This document shows positions 26,501 to 41,049 of a stretch of 64,000 bases of DNA, piece by piece. Position 1 is the stretch's first letter, and each line of letters begins with the position of its first letter. The notes below the pieces were generated by a model. It was not told where the DNA came from. It saw nothing but the letters and a program-made list of their open reading frames with translations, and did no database searches. The position numbers and the translations under genes are program-made. This DNA comes from Eledone cirrhosa (Eukaryota), in NCBI GenBank assembly GCA_964016885.1, contig OZ024744.1, positions 120,590,001 to 120,654,000 of the forward strand. Reading direction: 5' to 3'.

Positions 26501-29500
26501 AATTCAGAGATTCTTTCCTGAGATATTCTAAGAACATGTCATAGTATCAGAGATGTGATCTCTCAATTTAGAGATTCTTTCCTGAGACATTCTAACCACA
26601 TGTCATAGTATCAGAGCTGTGATCTCTCAATTCAGAGATTCTTTCCTGAGAGATTCTAAACACATTTCATTGTATCAGAGCTGTGATCTCTCAATTTAGA
26701 TATTCTTTCCTGAGATATTCTAACCACATGTCATAGTATTAGAGCTGTGATATCTCAATTCAGAGATTCTTTCCTGAGACATTCTTACCACATGTCATAG
26801 TATCAGAGCTGTGATCTCTCCATTTAGAGATTCTTTCCTGAGACATTCTAACCACATGTCATAGTATCAGAACTGTGATCTCTCAATTCAGAGATTCTAT
26901 CCTGAGACATTCTAACGACATGTCATAGTATCAGAGCTGTGATCTCTCAATTTAGAGATTCTTTCATGAGATATTCTAACCAAATGTCATAGTATCAGAT
27001 CTGTGATCTCTCAATTCAGAGATTCTTTCCTGAGATATTCTAACCACATGTCATAATATCAGAGCTGTCATCTCTCAATTCAGAGATTCTTTCCTGAGAC
27101 ATTCTAACCACATGTCATAGTATCAGAGCTGTGATCTCTTAATTTAGAGATTCTTTCATGAGATAATCTAACCACATGTCATAGTATCAGAGCTGTGATC
27201 TCTCAATTCAGAGATTCTTTCCTGAGAAATTCTAACCACATATCTGTAATATCAGAGCTGTGATCTCTCAATTCAGAGATTCTTTCCTGGGACATTCTAA
27301 CCACATGTCATAGTATTAGAGCTGTGATCTCTCAATTCAGAGCTTCTTTCCTGAGACATTCTTACCACATGTCATAGTATCAGAGCTGTGATCTCTCAAT
27401 TTAGAGATTCTTTCCTGAGACATTCTAACCACATGTCATATTATCAGAGCTGTGATCTCTCAATTCAGAGATTCTTTCCTGAGACATTCTAACCACATGT
27501 CAAAGTATCAGAGCTGTGATATCTCAATTGAGAGATTATTTCCTGAGATATTTTAACCACATGTCATAGTATCAGAGCTGTGATCTCTCAATTTAGAGAT
27601 TCTTTCATGAGATATTCTAACCACATGTCATAATATCAGAGCTATGATCTCTCAATTCAGAGATTCTTTCCTGAGACATTCTAACCACATGTCTGTAGTA
27701 TCAGAGCTGTGATCTCTCAATACAGAGATTCTTTCCTGAGACATTCTAACTCCATGTCCACAGTATCAGAGCTGTGATCTCTCAATTCAGAGATTCTTTC
27801 CTGAGACATTCTAATCACATGTCAAAGTATCAGAGCTGTGAACTCTCAATTTAGATATTCTTCCCTGAGATATTCTAACCACATGTCATAGTATTAGAGC
27901 TGTGATCTCTCAATTCAGAGATTCTTTTCTGAGACATTCTAACCACATGTCTGTAGTATCAGAGCTGTGAACTCTCAATTCAGAGATTCTTTCCTGGGAC
28001 ATTCTTACCACATGTCATAGTATTAGAGCTGTGATCTCTCAATTCAGAGATTCTTTCCTGAGACATTCTTACCGCATGACATATTATCAGAGCTGGGATC
28101 TCTCAATTTAGAGATTCTTTCCTGAGACATTCTAACCACATGTCATAGGATCAGAGTTGTGATCTCTCAATTTAGAGATTCTTTCCTGAGATATTCTAAC
28201 CACATGTCATATTATAAGAGCTGTGATCTCTCAATTCAGAGATTCTTTCCTGGGATATTCTAACCACATGTCATAGTATCAGAGCTGTGATCTCTCAATT
28301 CAGATATTCTTTCCTGAGACATTCTAACCACATGTCATAGGATCAGAGTTGTGATCTCTCAATTTAGAGATTCTTTCCTGAGATATTCTAACCACATGTC
28401 ATAGCATCAGAGCTGTGATCTCTCAATTCAGAGATTCTTTCCTGAGATATTCTAACCACGTGTCATAGTATGAGAGCTGTGATCTCTCAATTCAGAGATT
28501 CTTTACTGAGACATTCTAACCACATGTCATAGTATCAGAGCTGTGATCTCTCAATTCAGAGATTCTTTCCTGAGACATCCTAACCACATGTCATATTATC
28601 AGAGCTGTGATATCTCAATTGAGAGATTCTTTCCTGAGATATTTTAACAACATATCATAGTATCAGAGCTGTGATCTCTCAATTCAGAGATTCTGTCCTG
28701 AGACATTCTAACCAAATGTCATAGTATCAGAGCTGTGATCTCTCAATTCAGAGATTCTTTCCTGAGAGATTCTAAACACATTTCATAGTATCAGAGCTGT
28801 GATCTCTCAATTTAGATATTCTTTCCTGAGATATTCTAACCACATGTCATAGTATTAGAGCTGTGATATCTCAATTCTGAGATTCTTTCCTGAGATAGTC
28901 TAAGAACATGTCATAGTATCAGAGCTGTGATCTCTCAATTCAGAGATTCTTTCTTGAGACATTCTAACTCCATGTCCACAGTATCAGAGCTGTGAACTCT
29001 CAATTCAGAGATTCTTTCCTGAGACATTCTAACCACATGACAGTATCAGATTTGTGATCTCTCAATTCAGTCATTCTTTCCTGGGATATTCTAACCACAT
29101 GTCATAGTATCAGAGCTGTGATCTCTCAATTCAGAGATTCTTTCCTGAGACATTCTAACCACATGACATAGTATCAGATCTGTGATCTCTCAATTCAGAG
29201 ATTCTTTCCCCGGATATTCTAACCACATGTCATAGTATCAGAGCTGTGATCTCTCAATTCAGAGATTCTTTCCTGAGACATTCTAACCACATGTCATAGT
29301 ATCAGAGCTGTGATCTCTTAATTTAGAGATTCTTTCATGAGATATTTTAACCACATGTCATAGTATCAGAGCTGTAATCATTCAATTCAGAGATTCTTTC
29401 CTGAGACATTCTAACCACATGTCATAGTATCAGAGCTGTCATATCTCAATTTAGAGATTCTTTCATGAGATATTCTAACCACATGTCATAGTATCAGAGC

Positions 29501-31400
29501 TGTGTGCTCTCAATTCAGAGATTCTATCCTGAGACATTCTAAGCACATGTCACAGTATCAGAGCTGTGATCTCCCAATTCAGAGATTCTTTCCCGAGAAA
29601 TTCTAACCACATGTCTGTAGTATAAGAGCTGTGATCTCTCAATTCAGAGATTCTTTTCTGAGGCATTCTGACTCCCTGTCCACAGTATCAGAGCTGTGAT
29701 CTCTCAATTCAGAGATTCTTTCCTGAGATATTCTAACCACATGTCATAGTATAAGAGCTGTGATCTCTCAATTCAGAGATTCTTTCTTGAGATATTCTAA
29801 CCAGATGTCATAGCATCGGAGCTGTGATCTCTCAATTCAGATATTCTTTCCTGAGACATTCTAACCACATGTCATAGGATCAGATTTGTGATCTCTCAAT
29901 TTAGAGATTCTTTCCTGAGATATTCTAACCACATGTCATAGTATCAGATCTGTGATCTCTTAATTCAGAGATTCTTTCCTGAGACATTCTAACCACATGT
30001 CATAGTATCAGAGCTGTGATCTCTTAATTTAGAGATTCTTTGATGAGATAATCTAACCACATGTCATAGTAGCAGGGCTGTGATCTCTCAATTCAGAGAT
30101 TCTCTCCTGAGACATTCTAACCACATGTCATAGTATTAGAGCTGTGATTTCTCAATTCAGAGATTCTTTCCTGAGAAATTCTAACCACATGTCTGTAGTA
30201 TCAGAGCTGTGATCTCTCAATTCAGAGATTCTTTCCTAAGACGTTCTAACTCCATATCCACAGTATCAGAGCTGTGATCTCTCAATTCAGAGATTCTTTC
30301 CTGAGACATTCTTACCACATGTCATAGTATCAGAGCTGTGATCTCTCAATTTAGAGATTCTTTCCTGAGACATTCTAACCACATGTCATAGTATCAGAAC
30401 TGTGATCTCTCAATTCAGAGATTCTATCCTGAGACATTCTAACGACATGTCATAGTATCAGAGCTGTGATCTCTCAATTTACAGATTCTTTCATGAGATA
30501 TTCTAACCAAATGTCATAGTATCAGATCTGTGATCTCTCAATTCAGAGATTCTTTCCTGAGATATTCTAACCACATGTCATAGTATCAGAGCTGTCATCT
30601 CTCAATTCAGAGATTCTTTCCTGAGACATTCTAACCACATGTCATAGTATCAGAGCTGTGATCTCTTAATTTAGAGATTCTTTCATGAGATAATCTAACC
30701 ACATGTCATAGTATCAGAGCTGTGATCTCTCAATTCAGAGATTCTTTCCTGAGAAATTCTAACCACATATCTGTAATATCAGAGCTGTGATCTCTCAATT
30801 CAGAGATTCTTTCCTGGGACATTCTAACCACATGTCATAGTATTAGAGCTGTGATCTCTCAATTCAGAGCTTCTTTCCTGAGACATTCTTACCACATGTC
30901 ATAGTATCAGAGCTGTGATCTCTCAATTTAGAGATTCTTTCCTGAGACATTCTAACCACATGTCATAGTATCAGAGCTGTGATATCTCAATTGAGAGATT
31001 CTTTCCTGAGATATTTTAACCACATATCATAGTATCAGAGCTGTCATCTCTCAATTCAGAGATTCTTTCCTGAGACATTCTAACCACATGTCATAGTATC
31101 AGAGCTGTGATCTCTCAATTTAGAGATTCTTTCATGAGATATTCTAACCACATGTCATAATATCAGAGCTATGATCTCTCAATTCAGAGATTCTTTCCTG
31201 AGACATTCTAACCACATGTCTGTAGTATCAGAGCTGTGATCTCTCAATACAGAGATTCTTTCCTGAGACATTCTAACTCCATGTCCACAGTATCAGAGCT
31301 GTGATCTCTCAATTCAGAGATTCTTTCCTGAGACATTCTAATCACATGTCAAAGTATCAGAGCTGTGAACTCTGAATTTAGATATTCTTCCCTGAGATAT
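17600..31400 (+). repeat. Dispersed block of about 3 kb repeated at about 10.8-kb offset (about 17.6-20.5 kb and about 28.4-31.4 kb)
   Basis: CACATGACAG (2-bp deletion) at 18231 and 29034, and AGCAGGGCTG at 19268 and 30071, are both offset by 10803. Some monomers are gained or lost between the copies, and boundaries are approximate. Confidence 0.75.
23118..26067 (+). repeat. Tandem duplication with 1,400-bp period (22 monomers)
   Basis: GATTCTTCCT (1-bp deletion) at 23261 and 24661, CAACAGGTCT at 23731 and 25131, 6-bp deletion monomer at 24307 and 25707. The length 22x64-8 matches the internal indels (-1, +1, -2, -6). A handful of substitutions separate the copies. Confidence 0.88.
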
Positions 31401-32949
31401 TCTAACCACATGTCATAGGATCAGAGCTGTGATCTCTCAATTCAGAGATTCTTTCCTGAGACATTCTAACCACATGTCATACTATCAGAGCTGTGATCTC
31501 TCAATTCAGAGATTCTTTCCTGAGAAATTCTAATCACATGTCTGTAGTATCAGAGCTGTGATCTCTCAATTCGGAGATTCTTTCCTGAGACATTCTGACT
31601 CCATGTCCACAGTATCAGTACTGTGATCTCTCAATTCAGAGATTCTTTCCTGATATATTCTAACCACATGTCATATTATAAGAGCTGTGATCTCTCAATT
31701 CAGAGATTCTTTCCTGGGATATTCTAACCACATGTCATAGTATCAGAGCTGTGATCTCTCAATTCAGAGATTCTTTCCTGAGATATTCTAACCACATGTC
31801 ATAGTATCAGAGCTGTGATCTCTCAATTCAGATATTCTTTCCTGAGACATTCTAACCACATGTCATAGGATCAGAATTGTGATCTCTCAATTCAGAGATT
31901 CTTTCCTGAGACATTCTAACCACATGTCATAGTATCAGAGCTGTGATCTCTCAATTTAGAGATGCTTTCATGAGATATTCTAACCACATGTCATATTATC
32001 AGAGCTGTGATCTCTCAATTCGGAGATTCTTTCCTGAGACATTCTAACCACATGTCATAGTATTAGAGCTGTGATCTCTCAATTCAGAGATTCTCTCCTG
32101 AGTCATTGTAAACACATGTCATAGTATCAGAGCTGTGATCTCTCAATTTAGAGATTCTTTCCTGAGATATTCTAACCACATGTCATAGTATCAGAGCTGT
32201 GTGCTCTCAATTCAGAGATTCTATCCTGAGACATTCTAAGCACATGTCATAGTATCAGAACTGTGATCTCCCAATTCAGAGATTCTTTCCCGAGAAATTC
32301 TAACCACACATCTGTAGTATAAGAGCTGTGATCTCTCAATTCAGAGATTCTTTCCTGAGGCATTCTGACTCCCTGTCCACAGTATCAGACCTGTGATCTC
32401 TCAATTCAGAGATTTTTTCCTGAGACATTCAAACCACATATCATAGTATCAGATTTGTGATCTCTCAATTTAGAGATTCTTTCCTGAGATATTCTAACCA
32501 CATGTAATAGTATCAGATCTGTGATCTCTTAATTCAGAGATTCTTTCCTGAGATATTCTAACCACATGTCATAGTATCAGAGCTGTGATCTCTCAATTCA
32601 GAGATTCTTCCCTGAGACATTCTAGCCACATGTCATAGTATCAGAGCTGTGATCTCTTAATTTAGAGATTCTTTCATGAGATAATCTAACCACATGTCAT
32701 AGTATCAGTGCTGTGATCTCTCAATTCAGAGATTCTCTCCTGAGACATTCTAACCACATGTCATAGTATTAGAGCTGTGATTTCTCAATTCAGAGATTCT
32801 TTCCTGAGAAATTCTAACCACATGTCTGTAGTATCAGAGCTGTGATCTCTCAATTCAGATATTCTTTCCTGAGACGTTCTAACTCCATATCCACAGTATC
32901 AGAGCTGTGATCTCTCAATTCAGAGATTCTTTCCTGAGACATTCTTACC

Positions 32950-35900
32950 ACATGTCATAGTATCAGAACTGTGATCTCTCAATTCAGAGATTCTAGCCTG
33001 AGACATTCTAACGACATGTCATAGTATCAGAGCTGTGATCTCTCAATTCAGAGATTCTTTCCTGAGACATTCTAACCACATGTCATAGTATCAGAGCTGT
33101 GATATCTCAATTGAGAGATTCTTTCCTGAGATATTTTAACCACATATCATAGTATCAGAGCTGTCATCTCTCAATTCAGAGATTCTTTCCTGAGACATTC
33201 TAACCACATGTCATAGTATCAGAGCTGTGATCTCTCAATTTAGAGATTCTTTCCTGAGATATTTTAACCACATATCATAGTATCAGAGCTGTCATCTCTC
33301 AATTCAGAGATTCTTTCCTGAGACATTCTAACCACATGTCATAGTATCAGTGCTGTGATCTCTCAATTTAGAGATTCTTTCATGAGATATTCTAACCACA
33401 TGTCATAATATCAGAGCTATGATCTCTCAATTCAGAGATTCTTTCCTGAGACATTCTAACCACATGTCTGTAGTATCAGAGCTGTGATCTCTCAATACAG
33501 AGATTCTTTCCTGAGACATTCTAACTCCATGTCCACAGTATCAGAGCTGTGATCTCTCAATTCAGAGATTCTTTCCTGAGACATTCTAATCACATGTCAA
33601 AGTATCAGAGCTGTGAACTCTCAATTTAGATATTCTTCCCTGAGATATTCTAACCACATGTCATAGGATCAGAGCTGTGATCTCTCAATTCAGAGATTCT
33701 TTCCTGAGACATTCTAACCACATGTCATACTATCAGAGCTGTGATCTCTCAATTCAGAGATTCTTTCCTGAGAAATTCTAATCACATGTCTGTAGTATCA
33801 GAGCTGTGATCTCTCAATTCGGAGATTCTTTCCTGAGACATTCTGACTCCATGTCCACAGTATCAGTACTGTGATCTCTCAATTCAGAGATTCTTTCCTG
33901 ATATATTCTAACCACATGTAATATTATAAGAGCTGTGATCTCTCAATTCAGAGATTCTTTCCTGGGATATTCTAACCACATGTCATAGTATCAGAGCTGT
34001 GATCTCTCAATTCAGAGATTCTTTCCTGAGATATTCTAACCACATGTCATAGTATCAGAGCTGTGATCTCTCAATTCAGATATTCTTTCCTGAGACATTC
34101 TAACCACATGTCATAGGATCAGAGTTGTGATCTCTCAATTTAGAGATTCTTTCCTGAGATATTCTAACCACATGTCATAGCATCAGAGCTGTGATCTCTC
34201 AATTCAGAGATTCTTTCCTGAGACATTCTTACCACATGTCATAGTATCAGAGCTGTGATCTCTCAACTTAGAGATTCTTTCCTGAGACATTCTAACCACA
34301 TGTCTTAGTATCAGAACTGTGATCTCTCAATTCCGAGATTCTATCCTGAGACATTCTAACCACATGTCATAGTATCAGAGCTGTGATCTCTCAATTTAGA
34401 GATGCTTTCATGAGATATTCTAACCACATGTCATATTATCAGAGCTGTGATCTCTCAATTCGGAGATTCTTTCCTGAGACATTCTAACCACATGTCATAG
34501 TATTAGAGCTGTGATCTCTCAATTCAGAGATTCTCTCCTGAGACATTGTAAACACATGTCATAGTATCAGAGCTGTGATCTCTCAATTTAGAGATTCTTT
34601 CCTGAGATATTCTAACCACATGTCATAGTATCAGAGCAGTGTGCTCTCAATTCAGAGATTCTATCCTGAGACATTCTAAGCACATGTCATAGTATCAGAG
34701 CTGTGATCTCCCAATTCAGAGATTCTTTCACGAGAAATTCTAACCACACATCTGTAGTATAAGAGCTGTGATCTCTCAATTCAGAGATTCTTTCCTGAGG
34801 CATTCTGACTCCCTGTCCACAGTATCAGACCTGTGATCTCTCAATTCAGAGATTCTTTCCTGAGACATTCTTACCACATGTCATAGTATCAGAGCTGTGA
34901 TCTCTCAATTTAGAGATTCTTTCCTGAGACATTCTAACCACATGTCATAGTATCAGAACTGTGATCTCTCAATTCAGAGATTCTATCCTGAGACATTCTA
35001 ACGACATGTCATAGTATCAGAGCTGTGATCTCTCAATTCAGAGATTCTTTCCTGAGACATTCTAACCACATGTCATAGTATCAGAGCTGTTGTATCTCAA
35101 TTGAGAGATTCTTTCCTTAGATATTTTAACCACATATCATAGTATCAGAGCTGTCATCTCTCAATTCAGAGATTCTTTCCTGAGACATTCTAACCACATG
35201 TCATAGTATCAGAGCTGTGATCTCTCAATTTAGAGATTCTTTCCTGAGATATTCTAACCACATGTCATAGGATCAGAGCTGTGATCTCTCAATTCAGAGA
35301 TTCTTTCCTGAGACATTCTAACCACATGTCATACTATCAGAGCTGTGATCTCTCAATTCAGAGATTCTTTCCTGAGAAATTCTAATCACATGTCTGTAGT
35401 ATCAGAGCTGTGATCTCTCAATTCGGAGATTCTTTCCTGAGACATTCTGACTCCATGTCCACAGTATCAGTACTGTGATCTCTCAATTCAGAGATTCTTT
35501 CCTGATATATTCTAACCACATGTCATATTATAAGAGCTGTGATCTCTCAATTCAGAGATTCTTTCCTGGGATATTCTAACCACATGTCATAGTATCAGAG
35601 CTGTGATCTCTCAATTCAGAGATTCTTTCCTGAGATATTCTAACCACATGTCATAGTATCAGAGCTGTGATCTCTCAATTCAGATATTCTTTCCTGAGAC
35701 ATTCTAACCACATGTCATAGGATCAGAGTTGTGATCTCTCAATTTAGAGATTCTTTCCTGAGATATTCTAACCACATGTCATAGCATCAGAGCTGTGATC
35801 TCTCAATTCAGAGATTCTTTCCTGAGACATTCTTACCACATGTCTGTAGTATCAGAGCTGTGATCTCTCAATTCAGATATTCTTTCTGAGACGTTCTAAC

Positions 35901-37920
35901 TCCATATCCACAGTATCAGAGCTGTGATCTCTCAATTCAGAGATTCTTTCCTGAGACATTCTTACCACATGTCATAGTATCAGAGCTGTGATCTCTCAAT
36001 TTAGAGATTCTTTCCTGAGACATTCTAACCACATGTCATAGTATCAGAACTGTGATCTCTCAATTCAGAGATTCTAGCCTGAGACATTCTAACGACATGT
36101 CATAGTATCAGAGCTGTGATCTCTCAATTCAGAGATTCTTTCCTGAGACATTCTAACCACATGTCATAGTATCAGAGCTGTGATATCTCAATTGAGAGAT
36201 TCTTTCCTGAGATATTTTAACCACATATCATAGTATCAGAGCTGTCATCTCTCAATTCAGAGATTCTTTCCTGAGACATTCTAACCACATGTCATAGTAT
36301 CAGAGCTGTGATCTCTCAATTTAGAGATTCTTTCCTGAGATATTTTAACCACATATCATAGTATCAGAGCTGTCATCTCTCAATTCAGATATTCTTTCCT
36401 GAGACATTCTAACCACATGTCATAGTATCAGAGCTGTGATCTCTCAATTTAGAGATTCTTTCATGAGATATTCTAACCACATGTCATAATATCAGAGCTA
36501 TGATCTCTCAATTCAGAGATTCTTTCCTGAGACATTCTAACCACATGTCTGTAGTATCAGAGCTGTGATCTCTCAATACAGAGATTCTTTCCTGAGACAT
36601 TCTAACTCCATGTCCACAGTATCAGAGCTGTGATCTCTCAATTCAGAGATTCTTTCCTGAGACATTCTAATCACATGTCAAAGTATCAGAGCTGTGAACT
36701 CTCAATTTAGATATTCTTCCCTGAGATATTCTAACCACATGTCATAGGATCAGAGCTGTGATCTCTCAATTCAGAGATTCTTTCCTGAGACATTCTAACC
36801 ACATGTCATACTATCAGAGCTGTGATCTCTCAATTCAGAGATTCTTTCCTGAGAAATTCTAATCACATGTCTGTAGTATCAGAGCTGTGATCTCTCAATT
36901 CGGAGATTCTTTCCTGAGACATTCTGACTCCATGTCCACAGTATCAGTACTGTGATCTCTCAATTCAGAGATTCTTTCCTGATATATTCTAACCACATGT
37001 AATATTATAAGAGCTGTGATCTCTCAATTCAGAGATTCTTTCCTGGGATATTCTAACCACATGTCATAGTATCAGAGCTGTGATCTCTCAATTCAGAGAT
37101 TCTTTCCTGAGATATTCTAACCACATGTCATAGTATCAGAGCTGTGATCTCTCAATTCAGATATTCTTTCCTGAGACATTCTAACCACATGTCATAGGAT
37201 CAGAGTTGTGATCTCTCAATTTAGAGATTCTTTCCTGAGATATTCTAACCACATGTCATAGCATCAGAGCTGTGATCTCTCAATTCAGAGATTCTTTCCT
37301 GAGACATTCTTACCACATGTCATAGTATCAGAGCTGTGATCTCTCAACTTAGAGATTCTTTCCTGAGACATTCTAACCACATGTCTTAGTATCAGAACTG
37401 TGATCTCTCAATTCCGAGATTCTATCCTGAGACATTCTAACCACATGTCATAGTATCAGAGCTGTGATCTCTCAATTTAGAGATGCTTTCATGAGATATT
37501 CTAACCACATGTCATATTATCAGAGCTGTGATCTCTCAATTCGGAGATTCTTTCCTGAGACATTCTAACCACATGTCATAGTATTAGAGCTGTGATCTCT
37601 CAATTCAGAGATTCTCTCCTGAGACATTGTAAACACATGTCATAGTATCAGAGCTGTGATCTCTCAATTTAGAGATTCTTTCCTGAGATATTCTAACCAC
37701 ATGTCATAGTATCAGAGCTGTGTGCTCTCAATTCAGAGATTCTATCCTGAGACATTCTAAGCACATGTCATAGTATCAGAGCTGTGATCTCCCAATTCAG
37801 AGATTCTTTCCCGAGAAATTCTAACCACACATCTGTAGTATAAGAGCTGTGATCTCTCAATTCAGAGATTCTTTCCTGAGGCATTCTGACTCCCTGTCCA
37901 CAGTATCAGACCTGTGATCT
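32950..37920 (+). repeat. Block of about 1.9 kb repeated at 3,081-bp offset (about 32950-34840 and about 36030-37920)
   Basis: TTCTAGCCTG at 32991 and 36072; GATGCTTT at 34401 and 37482; both copies share ATGTAATATTATAAG and ATTCCGAG variants. Boundaries are approximate. Confidence 0.8.
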
Positions 37921-40900
37921 CTCAATTCAGAGATTTTTTCCTGAGACATTCGAACCACATATCATAGTATCAGATTTGTGATCTCTCAATTTAGAGATTC
38001 TTTCCTGAGATATTCTAACCACATGTCATAATATCAGAGCTATGATCTCTCAATTCAGAGATTCTTTCCTGAGAAATTCTAATCACATGTCTGTAGTATC
38101 AGAGCTGTGATCTCTCAATTCGGAGATTCTTTCCTGAGACATTCTGACTCCATGTCCACAGTATCAGTACTGTGATCTCTCAATTCAGAGATTCTTTCCT
38201 GAGACATTCTAACCACATGTCTTAGTATCAGAACTGTGATCTCTCAATTCCGAGATTCTATCCTGAGACATTCTAACCACATGTCATAGTATCAGAGCTG
38301 TGATCTCTCAATTTAGAGATGCTTTCATGAGATATTCTAACCACATGTCATATTATCAGAGCTGTGATCTCTCAATTCGGAGATTCTTTCCTGAGACATT
38401 CTAACCACATGTCATAGTATTAGAGCTGTGATCTCTCAATTCAGAGATTCTCTCCTGAGACATTGTAAACACATGTCATAGTATCAGAGCTGTGATCTCT
38501 CAATTTAGAGATTCTTTCCTGAGATATTCTAACCACATGTCATAGTATCAGAGCTGTGTGCTCTCAATTCAGAGATTCTATCCTGAGACATTCTAAGCAC
38601 ATGTCATAGTATCAGAGCTGTGATCTCCCAATTCAGAGATTCTTTCCCGAGAAATTCTAACCACACATCTGTAGTATAAGAGCTGTAATCTCTCAATTCA
38701 GAGATTCTTTCCTGAGGCATTCTGACTCCCTGTCCACAGTATCAGACCTGTGATCTCTCAATTCAGAGATTTTTTCCTGAGACATTCGAACCACATATCA
38801 TAGTATCAGATTTGTGATCTCTCAATTTAGAGATTCTTTCCTGAGATATTCTAACCACATGTAATAGTATCAGATCTGTGATCTCTTAATTCAGAGATTC
38901 TTTCCTGAGATATTCTAACCACATGTCATAGTATCAGAGCTGTGATCTCTCAATTCAGAGATTCTTCCCTGAGACATTCTAGCCACATGTCATAGTATCA
39001 GAGCTGTGATCTCTTAATTTAGAGATTCTTTCATGAGATAATCTAACCACATGTCATAGTATCAGTGCTGTGATCTCTCAATTCAGAGATTCTCTCCTGA
39101 GACATTCTAACCACATGTCATAGTATTAGAGCTGTGATTTCTCAATTCAGAGATTCTTTCCTGAGAAATTCTAACCACATGTCTGTAGTATCAGAGCTGT
39201 GATCTCTCAATTCAGAGATTCTTTCCTGAGACGTTCTAACTCCATATCCACAGTATCAGAGCTGTGATCTCTCAATTCAGAGATTCTTTCCTGAGACATT
39301 CTTACCACATGTCATAGTATCAGAGCTGTGATCTCTCAATTTAGAGATTCTTTCCTGAGACATTCTAACCACATGTCATAGTATCAGAACTGTGATCTCT
39401 CAATTCAGAGATTCTATCCTGAGACATTCTAACGACATGTCATAGTATCAGAGCTGTGATCTCTCAATTCAGAGATTCTTTCCTGAGACATTCTAACCAC
39501 ATGTCATAGTATCAGAGCTGTTGTATCTCAATTGAGAGATTCTTTCCTGAGATATTTTAACCACATATCATAGTATCAGAGCTGTCATCTCTCAATTCAG
39601 AGATTCTTTCCTGAGACATTCTAACCACATGTCATTGTATCAGAGCTGTGATCTCTCAATTTAGAGATTCTTTCCTGAGATATTTTAACCACATATCATA
39701 GTATCAGAGCTGTCATCTCTCAATTCAGAGATTCTTTCCTGAGACATTCTAACCACATGTCATAGTATCAGAGCTGTGATCTCTCAATTTAGAGATTCTT
39801 TCATGAGATATTCTAACCACATGTCATAATATCAGAGCTATGATCTCTCAATTCAGAGATTCTTTCCTGAGACATTCTAACCACATGTCTGTAGTATCAG
39901 AGCTGTGATCTCTCAATACAGAGATTCTTTCCTGAGACATTCTAACTCCATGTCCACAGTATCAGAGCTGTGATCTCTCAATTCAGAGATTCTTTCCTGA
40001 GACATTCTAATCACATGTCAAAGTATCAGAGCTGTGAACTCTCAATTTAGATATTCTTCCCTGAGATATTCTAACCACATGTCATAGGATCAGAGCTGTG
40101 ATCTCTCAATTCAGAGATTCTTTCCTGAGACATTCTAACCACATGTCATACTATCAGAGCTGTGATCTCTCAATTCAGAGATTCTTTCCTGAGAAATTCT
40201 AATCACATGTATGTAGTATCAGAGCTGTGATCTCTCAATTCGGAGATTCTTTCCTGAGACATTTTGACTCCATGTCCACAGTATCAGTACTGTGATCTCT
40301 CAATTCAGAGATTCTTTCCTGATATATTCTAAACACATGTCATATTATAAGAGCTGTGATCTCTCAATTCAGAGATTCTTTCCTGGGATATTCTAACCAC
40401 ATGTCATAGTATCAGAGCTGTGATCTCTCAATTCAGAGATTCTTTCCTGAGATATTCTAACCACATGTCATAGTATCAGAGCTGTGATCTCTCAATTCAG
40501 ATATTCTTTCCTGAGACATTCTAACCACATGTCATAGGATCAGAGTTGTGATCTCTCAATTTAGAGATTCTTTCCTGAGATATTCTAACCACATGTCATA
40601 GCATCAGAGCTGTGATCTCTCAATTCAGAGATTCTTTCCTGAGACATTCTTACCACATGTCATAGTATCAGAGCTGTGATCTCTCAACTTAGAGATTCTT
40701 TCCTGAGACATTCTAACCACATGTCTTAGTATCAGAACTGTGATCTCTCAATTCAGAGATTCTATCCTGAGACATTCTAACCACATGTCATAGTATCAGA
40801 GCTGTGATCTCTCAATTTAGAGATGCTTTCATGAGATATTCTAACCACATGTCATATTATCAGAGCTGTGATCTCTCAATTCGGAGATTCTTTCCTGAGA

Positions 40901-41049
40901 CATTCTAACCACATGTCATAGTATTAGAGCTGTGATCTCTCAATTCAGAGATTCTCTCCTGAGACATTGTAAACACATGTCATAGTATCAGAGCTGTGAT
41001 CTCTCAATTTAGAGATTCTTTCCTGAGATATTCTAACCACATGTCATAG

